Assembly: GCA_963797955.1 (NCBI GenBank)
Contig: CAWCRO010000022.1
Coordinates: forward strand, 66,480 to 130,479
Length of the DNA: 64,000 bases
Direction: 5' to 3'
DNA from: an uncultured Solirubrobacterales bacterium
GTDB lineage: Bacteria > Actinomycetota > Thermoleophilia > Solirubrobacterales > Solirubrobacteraceae
The notes under the pieces are model-generated. The model ran no database searches. It was given only the letters and a program-made list of their open reading frames with translations, and had not been told where the DNA came from. The translations under genes were made by a program, and so were the position numbers. How positions within the stretch are numbered: position 1 is the stretch's first letter; every line of letters starts with the position of its first letter. This document shows, one piece after another, positions 1 to 8,218 of this stretch.

Positions 1-1
1 G

Positions 2-631
2 ATGGTCGAGGGCGTCGAGGGCCTGGCCGAGGCCTGCGAGGCGCTCGGCGTGCCGGTCGTCGGCGGCAACGTCTCGCTGTACAACGAGGCGCCGACCGGC
101 CCGATCTATCCGACGCCGGTGATCGGCATGGTCGGGCGCCTACCGGATGCGGCGCGGGCCGGACGGCTCGGCTTCGCGCACGAGGGCGACGCGATTGCGC
201 TGGTCGGGGGGTTCGCGCCCTCGCCGGCAGGCTCCGAGCTCGCCAAGCTGCGCGGCGACGCGGTCGCCGGCCCGCTGCCGGCGATCGACCTGCAGGCGGC
301 GGCGCGGGCGCACGAGCGCGTCCGCGAGCTGGTGCGCGCCGGCGCGCTGTCCAGCGCCCACGACATCGCCGAGGGCGGGATCGCGGTCGCGCTGGCCGAG
401 TGCGCGCTCGCCGGAGGGCTTGGCGCGACCGTCCAGCTGCCCGACGGCATCGCCCCGTTCGATGAGGCTCCGGGCCGTGCGTTCGTGGTCTCAGGGCCGG
501 CCGAGGCACTCGACGGGATGACCGTGATCGGCCGTGTCGGCGGAGGCGCGCTGGCGGTGCAGGGCCAGTTCGAGATCGCGATCGCAGAGCTCCGTGACGC
601 CCGCGACAGCGGCCTGGAGAACCTGATCTGA
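2..631 (+). CDS. purL: Phosphoribosylformylglycinamidine synthase subunit PurL, C-terminal part (runs off window start)
   Basis: PVVGGNVSLYNE, PIYPTPVIGMVG and SAHDIAEGGIAVALAEC motifs; directly upstream of purF. Confidence 0.95.
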   Translation: MVEGVEGLAEACEALGVPVVGGNVSLYNEAPTGPIYPTPVIGMVGRLPDAARAGRLGFAHEGDAIALVGGFAPSPAGSELAKLRGDAVAGPLPAIDLQAAARAHERVRELVRAGALSSAHDIAEGGIAVALAECALAGGLGATVQLPDGIAPFDEAPGRAFVVSGPAEALDGMTVIGRVGGGALAVQGQFEIAIAELRDARDSGLENLI

Positions 632-632
632 C

Positions 633-2159
633 ATGACCCCGAGGGCCCGCGAAATTACCGCCACAGAGCAGCGAGCACCGCTGCTAGCCTCCTCGGAGGC
701 GGGTATGGAATCCGTGACCGATCATCGCGACGGCCCTCGCGACGAGTGCGGTGTGTTCGGCATCTACGCGCCGGACCACGACGTCGCCCGGCTCGCCTAC
801 TTCGCGCTGTTCGCGCTCCAGCACCGCGGCCAGGAGTCGGCCGGAATCGCCACCGCCCAGCGCGGCGGCAGCCTGATGGCGATTCGCGATCAGGGGCTCG
901 TGGCCCAGGTGTTCGACGAGCACACGCTGCGCTCGCTGGTCGGCGACCTGGCGATCGGCCACGTGCGCTACTCGACCACCGGCTCCTCGGAATGGGAGAA
1001 CGCCCAGCCGATCGTCCGCGACGATCACCGCACGCTGGCGCTGGCGCACAACGGCAACCTGATCAACGCGGTCGAGCTCCACTCCGAGTTGCGCGGGCGT
1101 GACATCCCGTTCCGCTCCACGTCTGACTCGGAGATCATCGCGGCGCTGCTGGCCACGCACCCGGCCGAGCGGATCGAGGACGCCGTCGCCGACGTCCTGC
1201 CGCGACTGAAGGGAGCGTTCTCTACCGTGGCGATGACCGAGGATGCGGTGGTCGCTTTCCGCGACCCGCACGGGCTGCGCCCGCTGGCGCTGGGGATGAT
1301 CGAGGATCCCACCACCGGCCGCGCGTCCTATTGCGTCGCCAGCGAGTCGTGCGCGTTCGACCTGATCGGCGCGAAGTACCTGCGCGAGGTCGCCCCCGGT
1401 GAGGTTGTGACGCTCACCGATCGGGGAATCCAGACCCGCCTGGTCGCCCAGTCCGAGCGCAAGGCGTTCTGCGTGTTCGAGTACATCTACTTCGCCCGCC
1501 CGGACTCGAAGATGGCGGGGACGGTGTTGCAGGTGGCCCGCGCCCGGATGGGCGAGATCCTCTGGCGCGAGGCCCCGGTCGAGGCCGATCTGGTGATCCC
1601 GGTGCCCGACTCGGGCAACGCCGCCGCCCGCGGGCTGGCGCGGGCCGCCGGGCTTCCCCAGGACGACGGCTTCATCAAGAACCGCTACGTCGCGCGGACG
1701 TTCATCCAGCCCGGCCAGGAGCTGCGCCGCCAGGGGTTGCGGCTGAAGTTCAACCCGCTGCCTGAGGTGGTCGCCGGCAAGCGCCTGGTGGTCGTAGACG
1801 ACTCGATCGTCCGCGGCAACACCACCCGGCAGATCGTGCAGATGCTGCGCGAGGCCGGGGCTGCCGAGGTGCACCTCCGGATCTCCGCGCCGCCGATCAA
1901 GCACCCCTGCCACTACGGGATCGACATGTCCACGCGCGAGGAGATGATCGCCCACGGCCGTACGGCTGAGGAGGTCTGCGCGGAGCTCGGCGCTGACTCG
2001 CTGCACTACCTGTCGCTCAAGGGCGTCTACGAGGCGGTCGGCGTCTCCCGCGACACCCACTGCGACGCCTGCTTCAGCGGCGAGTATCCGCTGGCCGGGA
2101 CCGAATCGGCCAACGGCAAGTTCGCGCTCGAAGCTGAGCTCCCGCTGGTCCGCGCCTGA
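633..2159 (+). CDS. purF: Amidophosphoribosyltransferase (start may be ATG 705)
   Basis: ECGVFG Ntn-cysteine motif, LQHRGQESAGI, GHVRYSTTG, HNGNLIN, VVVDDSIVRGNT PRPP loop, and Fe-S cysteines (PCHYGID, CDACFSG). Confidence 0.97.
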   Translation: MTPRAREITATEQRAPLLASSEAGMESVTDHRDGPRDECGVFGIYAPDHDVARLAYFALFALQHRGQESAGIATAQRGGSLMAIRDQGLVAQVFDEHTLRSLVGDLAIGHVRYSTTGSSEWENAQPIVRDDHRTLALAHNGNLINAVELHSELRGRDIPFRSTSDSEIIAALLATHPAERIEDAVADVLPRLKGAFSTVAMTEDAVVAFRDPHGLRPLALGMIEDPTTGRASYCVASESCAFDLIGAKYLREVAPGEVVTLTDRGIQTRLVAQSERKAFCVFEYIYFARPDSKMAGTVLQVARARMGEILWREAPVEADLVIPVPDSGNAAARGLARAAGLPQDDGFIKNRYVARTFIQPGQELRRQGLRLKFNPLPEVVAGKRLVVVDDSIVRGNTTRQIVQMLREAGAAEVHLRISAPPIKHPCHYGIDMSTREEMIAHGRTAEEVCAELGADSLHYLSLKGVYEAVGVSRDTHCDACFSGEYPLAGTESANGKFALEAELPLVRA

Positions 2160-2167
2160 CCCCACGC

Positions 2168-2208
2168 AGCGCCGCGGCGCGCGGGACGCGACGGCCGACC
2201 GCGGCGCT
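2168..2208. other. GC-rich inverted repeat (10-bp stem) between purF and recQ
   Basis: AGCGCCGCGG at 2168-2177 and CCGCGGCGCT at 2199-2208; no U-tract. Confidence 0.4.
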
Positions 2209-2223
2209 ATCGTCGCGTGCCCG

Positions 2224-3717
2224 ATGGACCCCGTCCAGTCGCTCCAGCGCATCTTCGGCTTTGACCGGTTCCGGCCGGGCCAGGCGGAGGCCGTCGGCGC
2301 CGCGCTCGCCGATCGCGACGCGCTGGTCGTGATGCCGACCGGCTCGGGCAAGTCGCTCTGCTACCAGCTGCCCGCGTTGATGCGCGACGATCTGACCGTC
2401 GTCGTCTCGCCGCTGGTGTCGCTGATGCACGACCAGGCGCGGGCGCTCGAGGCGGTGGCCCCGGGCAAGGCAGGGCTGATCAACGGACTGCGTGGCGCCA
2501 CCGCCAACGCGCGGACGCTGTCGCGCGCGGTCGACGGCGAGCTGGCGCTGTTGTACGTCGCCCCCGAGCGGTTCGCCTCGGCCAGGTTCGTGCAGCGGAT
2601 CCGTGACGCCCGCATCGGCCTGTTCGTGGTCGACGAAGCGCACTGCGTCTCGCAGTGGGGCCACGACTTCAGGCCCGACTACTACTCGCTCGCTCGGGCT
2701 GCTCAGGCGCTCGGCGCGCGGGCCACGGTCGCGCTCACCGCGACAGCGACCCCGAGCGTGGCAGAGGACATCGTCCGCCGGCTCGAGCTCGACGACCCAC
2801 TGGTGGTGACCACCGGCTTTGACCGCCCCAACCTGACGTTCGAGGTGCGGCCGTGTCCCGACCCCGCCGCCTCGCGACGCAGCATCGCCGCCGCGCTCGC
2901 CGAGGACGACGCGCTACCGGCGATCGTGTACACGGGCACGCGCGAGGAGAGCGAGGTGATCGCCTCGGTGCTCGAGCACCGCCTCGCGTCCGACGTGGTC
3001 ACCTACCATGCCGGGCTCGAGCGCGCCTCGCGCTCGCGCGCCCAGGACCGCTTCATGTCCGGCGAGGCCGACGTGATCGTCGCCACCAACGCGTTCGGGA
3101 TGGGGATCGACAAGGCGAACGTACGGACCGTGTGCCACGCCTCGGTCCCGGGCTCGCTCGAGGCCTATTACCAGGAGGCCGGTCGCGCCGGGCGCGACGG
3201 CGGTCCTGGCCGCTGCCTGTTGTTCGCCCAGCGTCGCGACCGGGGCCTGCATGTCTACTTCATCCAGCGCACGCGCGTCGAGGACGCCACGTTTCACTGG
3301 GTGTCAGAGCGGCTGCGCTGGGCCGGACTCGATGGCCGCTACGACGTCGCGCTGTCGGAGATCGCCGGCGAGCGGACCGACGAGGAGGCGATCCGGGCGA
3401 TCATCGGCCATCTCGCTCGGGCCGGACTGATCTCGCTGGAGCCCTCGCCGCCTGACCGCAGCGCGGGCCGCCTGGTGGGGAAGTGGGACGCGGGCGTCCT
3501 CGAGACGTGCCGCGAGTTCGCCCGCGAGGTGCAGCATTCCCGTTGGCGTCAGTACTGGGCGATGTGGGACTACGTCGACGGCGACGAATGCCGCCGCGCC
3601 GCGCTCCTGGCGCACTTCGGCGACCACGCCGTCGGGCCTCCGCAGGTGACGTGTTGCGACGTATGCGCCGCGGGCTCGGACCGCGACGGCGCCGTCGAGA
3701 AGCTGCGCGCGGCATGA
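2224..3717 (+). CDS. recQ: RecQ-family ATP-dependent DNA helicase (short form, no HRDC visible)
   Basis: MPTGSGKSLCYQLP, VDEAHCVSQWGHDFRPDY, VATNAFGMGIDK, YYQEAGRAGRDG, Zn motif CRR...CCDVC. Confidence 0.95.
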   Translation: MDPVQSLQRIFGFDRFRPGQAEAVGAALADRDALVVMPTGSGKSLCYQLPALMRDDLTVVVSPLVSLMHDQARALEAVAPGKAGLINGLRGATANARTLSRAVDGELALLYVAPERFASARFVQRIRDARIGLFVVDEAHCVSQWGHDFRPDYYSLARAAQALGARATVALTATATPSVAEDIVRRLELDDPLVVTTGFDRPNLTFEVRPCPDPAASRRSIAAALAEDDALPAIVYTGTREESEVIASVLEHRLASDVVTYHAGLERASRSRAQDRFMSGEADVIVATNAFGMGIDKANVRTVCHASVPGSLEAYYQEAGRAGRDGGPGRCLLFAQRRDRGLHVYFIQRTRVEDATFHWVSERLRWAGLDGRYDVALSEIAGERTDEEAIRAIIGHLARAGLISLEPSPPDRSAGRLVGKWDAGVLETCREFAREVQHSRWRQYWAMWDYVDGDECRRAALLAHFGDHAVGPPQVTCCDVCAAGSDRDGAVEKLRAA

Positions 3718-4355
3718 ACGTCGCGGTCCTCGCCTCCGGCGAAGGCACCAACCTGCAGGCACTGCTCGACGCCGTGCACGGACGCGACGGGATCGAGCTC
3801 GTCGCAGTTGCGTCCGACAAGCCGGGCGCCCGCGCGCTCGGACGCGCCGATGCCGCCGGCGTACAGACGCGCGCGTTTCCGGCCGATCGCTACTCCGACC
3901 GCTCCGCGCGCGATCGCGCGATCGCCGACTGGCTGACCGAGCGCGGCGCCGAGCTGGTGGTGTTGGCCGGCTACATGCAACTGCTCTCGAACGAGTTCCT
4001 GGCCCAGTTCCCCGAGCGGGTGATCAACGTCCACCCGGCGCTGCTGCCGGCGTTCCCGGGTCTCCAGGCCGTGCAGCAGGCGCTCGACTACGGGGTGAAG
4101 GTGTTCGGCGTGACCGTCCATTTCGTCGACGGCGGCGTCGACTCGGGCCCGGTGATTCTCCAGCGAGCGATCGAGCTGCCCGGCGCCGGCGACGCCGACG
4201 AGGTCCTCGAGGCGCTGCATCCGATCGAGCATCAGCTGCTGCCGCAAGCCGTCCGCCTGATCGCCGCCGGGGCGGTCAGCGTCGACCCCCAGCGTCCCCG
4301 CCAGGTGCTGATCCGATCGATAGAGTCGAGCGGTGATGACGCGGAGAGCGCAGCG
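3714..4355 (+). CDS. purN: Phosphoribosylglycinamide formyltransferase; no in-frame stop before purH
   Basis: AVLASGEGTNLQAL, VLAGYMQLL, INVHPALLPAFPG, TVHFVDGGVDSGPVI; ATG overlaps recQ TGA (ATGA). Confidence 0.93.
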
Positions 4356-5930
4356 GTGAGCGCCTTCGGGACGACGGCCCCTGCAGAGGTACGGGTTGCG
4401 AGGGCGCTCCTGTCGGTATCCGACAAGACCGGGATCGTCGAGTTCGCCCGCGGCCTGGCCGAGCTGGGCATCGAGATCATCTCGACCGGCGGCACCGCCC
4501 AGCAGCTGGCCCAGGACGGTATTCCGGTGCGCTCGATCTCCGACCTGACGGGCTTTCCGGAGATCATGGACGGTCGCGTCAAGACGCTTCATCCCAAGCT
4601 CTACGCCGGGATCCTGGCGCTGCGCGACAACGCCGACCACATGGCCGCGGCGCAGGAGCAGGACGTCGAATTCGTCGACCTGGTGTGCGTCAACCTGTAT
4701 CCGTTCGAGCGCAGCGCCAACGCCCGAGGCGTGCCCGAGTCCGAGGTGATCGAGAACATCGACATCGGCGGCCCGACGATGATCCGTGCCGCGGCGAAGA
4801 ACTCGGACTTCGTCGCTCCGGTGGTCAGCCCCGAGAGCTACGACGCGGTGCTGGCCGAGCTGCGCGAGGCCGACCGGCGTCTGTCGCCGGCCACCCGCGA
4901 GTTCCTGGCGGCCGAGGCGTTCGCCTACACCGCCCGCTACGACACGGCGATCGCCCGCTGGTTCCAGGAGAAGCGCGAGGACTTCCCGCCGCTGATGGTG
5001 CGCGCCTTCGAGCGCGTGCTCGAGCTCCCCTACGGCGAGAACCCTCACCAGCGCGCCGCCTACTACGCGCAGGTCGGGGCCCGGACGCACGTCCTGTCGA
5101 TGGTCGCCCAGCTGGGCGGCAAGCCGCTCTCCTATAACAACCTCCTCGACCTCGATTCGGCCCGGCTGCTGCTGGGCGAGTTCCAGATCCCCGCGTGCGT
5201 GATCGTCAAGCACAACAACCCCTGCGGAGTGGCGGTCGGCGCGACCGCGCTCGAGGCCTATCAGCGCGCGTTCGCGTGTGACCCGATGTCTGCCTACGGC
5301 GGCGTGATCTGCCTGAACCGCCGCGTCGACCGCGATCTCGCGGAGTCGTTACTGGGCCAGTTCATTGAGGTGCTGTTTGCCAAGGGCTATGACGACGACG
5401 CGATCGACGTGCTCTCCGAGAAGCCCAATGTGCGGTTGCTCGACGATCGCGAGCGCCGGACCCCGAACCTGATCGATCCGGCCCTGCGCCAGGTCGTCGG
5501 TGGCATGCTGGTGCAGGACCGCGACATCGACGTCGAGGAGCGGGCTGACATACAGGTGGTCTCCCAGCGCCGGCCGACCGAGGCGGAGTGGAGCGAGCTC
5601 ATGTTCGCCTGGCGGGTCTGCAAGCACGTCCGTTCCAACGCGATCGTGCTCACCCGTGAGCTGGCGACGGTCGGGATCGGTGCCGGCCAGATGAGCCGCG
5701 TCGACTCGGTCAGACTGGCGATCGAGAAGGCCCAATCGGAGCTGAACGGTTCGGCGATGGCCTCCGACGCCTACTTCCCGTTCGCCGACGGACCCCAGCT
5801 CGGCCTCGACGCGGGCGTCACTGCGATCATCCAGCCGGGCGGCTCGGTCCGCGACCCCGACATCGTCCAGGCCGTCGACGCCGTCGGCGCGGCGATGGTA
5901 TTCACCGGCCGCAGACACTTCCGGCATTGA
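4356..5930 (+). CDS. purH: Bifunctional AICAR transformylase/IMP cyclohydrolase, in frame with purN
   Basis: RALLSVSDKTG, STGGT, GRVKTLHP, IDIGGPTMIRAAAKN, YGENPHQ, KHNNPCG, SDAYFPF, IIQPGGS, FTGRRHFRH; GTG 4356 with GGAG upstream. Confidence 0.96.
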   Translation: MSAFGTTAPAEVRVARALLSVSDKTGIVEFARGLAELGIEIISTGGTAQQLAQDGIPVRSISDLTGFPEIMDGRVKTLHPKLYAGILALRDNADHMAAAQEQDVEFVDLVCVNLYPFERSANARGVPESEVIENIDIGGPTMIRAAAKNSDFVAPVVSPESYDAVLAELREADRRLSPATREFLAAEAFAYTARYDTAIARWFQEKREDFPPLMVRAFERVLELPYGENPHQRAAYYAQVGARTHVLSMVAQLGGKPLSYNNLLDLDSARLLLGEFQIPACVIVKHNNPCGVAVGATALEAYQRAFACDPMSAYGGVICLNRRVDRDLAESLLGQFIEVLFAKGYDDDAIDVLSEKPNVRLLDDRERRTPNLIDPALRQVVGGMLVQDRDIDVEERADIQVVSQRRPTEAEWSELMFAWRVCKHVRSNAIVLTRELATVGIGAGQMSRVDSVRLAIEKAQSELNGSAMASDAYFPFADGPQLGLDAGVTAIIQPGGSVRDPDIVQAVDAVGAAMVFTGRRHFRH

Positions 5931-6319
5931 GCCCCGTCGAACGTCTCGGCGGCGACCCGCCGTCACCGTTCGAGAGTCGCTACGGCTTCAGCCGTGTGCT
6001 GCGCGCCGGGCCGTTCGTGCTCGTCGGCGGCACGACGTCCATCGACCAGGACGGCGTCGTGCTCGGTGGCGGCCCCTACGAGCAGACGATCGAGATCCTC
6101 CGCAAGGTCGAGCACGAGCTCGGCCGCATGGGTGCCACGCTCGCCGACGTCGTCTCGACTCGCTTCTACGTCACCGACATCTCCCGCGCCGAGGAAGCCG
6201 GGCGCGCCCACGGCGACGTGTTCGGCGAGCACCGGCCGCTGATGACCCTGGTCGAGGTCAGCGCGCTGATCGACCCCCGGATGTTCGTCGAGGTTGAGAC
6301 GGTCGCCTACGTGGGGTAG
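5927..6319 (+). CDS. RidA/YjgF/UK114 family protein
   Basis: YGFSRVLRAGPFVLVGGTT, HGDVFGEHRPLMTLVEVSALIDPRMFVEVE; overlaps purH stop. Confidence 0.88.
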   Translation: MSPVERLGGDPPSPFESRYGFSRVLRAGPFVLVGGTTSIDQDGVVLGGGPYEQTIEILRKVEHELGRMGATLADVVSTRFYVTDISRAEEAGRAHGDVFGEHRPLMTLVEVSALIDPRMFVEVETVAYVG

Positions 6320-6340
6320 GGCTTGCGATCATGAAGACGC

Positions 6341-6412
6341 GCCGCCGTAGCTCAGCTGGCAGAGCAGCGGACTTTAATCCGAAGGTCGTGGGTTCGATCC
6401 CCACCGGCGGCA
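6341..6412 (+). tRNA. tRNA-Lys, anticodon loop one nt short as written (CTTTAA instead of CTTTTAA or CTCTTAA)
   Basis: Cloverleaf: acceptor GCCGCCG/CGGCGGC+A, D arm GCTC/GAGC, T arm GTGGG-TTCGATC-CCCAC, anticodon stem GCGGA/TCCGA. Confidence 0.88.
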
Positions 6413-6472
6413 TCGCGAACTGCCTGTTGGGCTGGAGCTGCGGGCCCTTAATGATTCCGCGGAGCAACGTCG

Positions 6473-6489
6473 TGTCCCCGATATGTCCC
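6473..6489 (+). repeat. TGTCCC direct repeat with 11-bp period next to the tRNA 3' end; possible integrase arm-type sites
   Basis: TGTCCC at 6473 and 6484, between the tRNA and the integrase relic. Confidence 0.35.
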
Positions 6490-6520
6490 GAGAATGGCGT
6501 GCGGTCTGCGGCCTTCGGTC

Positions 6521-6699
6521 CCAGCCGCTCGAGTCGATCACGCCCGAGCACATCGGTGAACAAGCTGCTGATCGAGCTGCACGGGATCTTCCGCCAGGCG
6601 CAGATGGTGTGGCGCGAGAACTGGGGTCGGGGACGATGACCTGGTGTCGTGGACGAGCTCGACTTGCACTTGGACGGCTCGGCACTCCGGCGCCGTTAG
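6521..6699 (+). pseudogene. Tyrosine recombinase/integrase relic (collapsed blocks in different frames)
   Basis: QPLESITPEHI, VNKLLIELHGIFRQAQMVW, DDDLV and HLDGSALRRR* within 180 bp, directly downstream of a tRNA. Confidence 0.65.
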
Positions 6700-7928
6700 C
6701 CCGTTGGGATCGGCGGTCGGCGCGCGCCAAGCACCAGTGTGGTCGCGCCGCGAGCGTTGTTTGCAACCGCGACGCAGCTTGACGCCGACGTGCATGACAC
6801 GCCCGTGTAGTACAGCCCTCTCGTGCGGGGAGCTCGTTGGATCGATCGGGTGGTGCCGTTGACGCGTTCCACCAATCCGCGCGAGCCGACGGCTATGCAG
6901 GTCTTGGCGGATATGCACGACACCTTGTGCAGCTCGAGGAACGTGTTGTCCTCGGTGAAGTTGTCCTCTACAGCTTCGGTCTTGGATGACGGATTGCCGA
7001 CCAGCCAGCGGCGCCCATTCCATCGCAACGAGATCGGTTCGTAGCCGAGCTCTTCTACGGACGTGGATCCGACCGCGGTGCAAGCCGTGCTGGAAGCACA
7101 CGACACGCCGTATACGTATCTCTCTTCGGGGCCAAGCTCGGCGGCGCACATACTGGGCGTGGTCGACCAAGCCGTCCCGTTCCAGCGTTCCGCCAGCAGC
7201 CCGCAGTCGCCCACAGAGGTCGAGCCGACCGCTATGCATGCCGTGTCTGCGGTGCACGACACCGATCTGAACTGGTCAAACCGTCCGGCGTGGGGTCGGT
7301 AAGGATCGACGAGCCTCGGGGTTGTCTGGATCGACCACTTTCGGCCGGCAAGTCGTTCGGCGAGCGGGAACCTCTGGGCCACATCGATGAAGGATCCGAC
7401 CGCCGTGCATCGACCGTTGCGGCTGCACGACACCGCATTGAAGCTGCTGTCCGTTGCTCTCGTCGGGCGCGGCGTCGCGACGATCGACCACTGCACGCCA
7501 TCCCAACGCTCGGTGAGCGTTCCTCCGCTGGCATTGCCGTCGAATGATCCGACGGCTATGCAATAGCTCCTGGACGTGCACGAGACGCTCCTCAGCGTGC
7601 CGCCGCTCCTTGTTCTGGGTTTCGCGCTGCGCTGGATCCGCCACGCGACCCCATCCCATCGCTCGGCCAAAGGGAACGATTTCCCATAGGCGCTGAACGA
7701 ACCGACCGCAACGCACGCAGTCGGCGAGGTGCATGACACGCCAAAGAGCCTGGCGCTCGTAGCGCCGGCTGGCCTCGGGACCGTCCGGGCGGACCACACT
7801 GACCGGTCTGCGGCCTGGGCGTTTCCCGCCAAGATCATCAGCAGGAGCCATCCGGCCACCCCGAGGCCGAGGCAGCGCTGGACTACGACCGATCGTCGTG
7901 ACGACGCGCCAGTTATCACCGTCGACAT
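6696..7928 (-). CDS. Secreted Cys-rich repeat protein, 7 x VSC-x5-C-x-AVG (probable beta-propeller)
   Basis: Signal peptide ending AQAA; seven VSCxxxxxCxAVG/A repeats alternating with LxERWxGxxW; RBS GAGGA before ATG 7928. Confidence 0.8.
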   Translation of the reverse strand: MSTVITGASSRRSVVVQRCLGLGVAGWLLLMILAGNAQAADRSVWSARTVPRPAGATSARLFGVSCTSPTACVAVGSFSAYGKSFPLAERWDGVAWRIQRSAKPRTRSGGTLRSVSCTSRSYCIAVGSFDGNASGGTLTERWDGVQWSIVATPRPTRATDSSFNAVSCSRNGRCTAVGSFIDVAQRFPLAERLAGRKWSIQTTPRLVDPYRPHAGRFDQFRSVSCTADTACIAVGSTSVGDCGLLAERWNGTAWSTTPSMCAAELGPEERYVYGVSCASSTACTAVGSTSVEELGYEPISLRWNGRRWLVGNPSSKTEAVEDNFTEDNTFLELHKVSCISAKTCIAVGSRGLVERVNGTTRSIQRAPRTRGLYYTGVSCTSASSCVAVANNARGATTLVLGARRPPIPTG

Positions 7929-8218
7929 TCCTCGCTCCTCTTTGGTTCGGGCGAGCGCCCACCGCACGCCGATCCATCATCTGGACTCTTGCGCCATTAC
8001 CTAACAGGCGGCCCAAATCCGATAACACCCAGAGGAGTGCGGGCTGCCGGGCGTCTGCGGTGCTGCCGGGATGATCGACGAGCGCTACGTCGCCGCCGAA
8101 GCAGTTCGGCGACGGCGTGCGCCTCAGACGGGCTGAAGCGATCGTCCGCCACGGCGAGCGCTCACGTTGTCTTTGGCCCAGTCGCGTGATGTCCTCGACG
8201 CCCGCGGTCCGCTCAACC

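Noticed and set aside
684-2351. 555-aa minus-strand ORF
   Set aside because: Antisense shadow of purF; long shadows are expected in high-GC DNA
3570-5213. 547-aa minus-strand ORF
   Set aside because: Antisense shadow of purN/purH, no motifs
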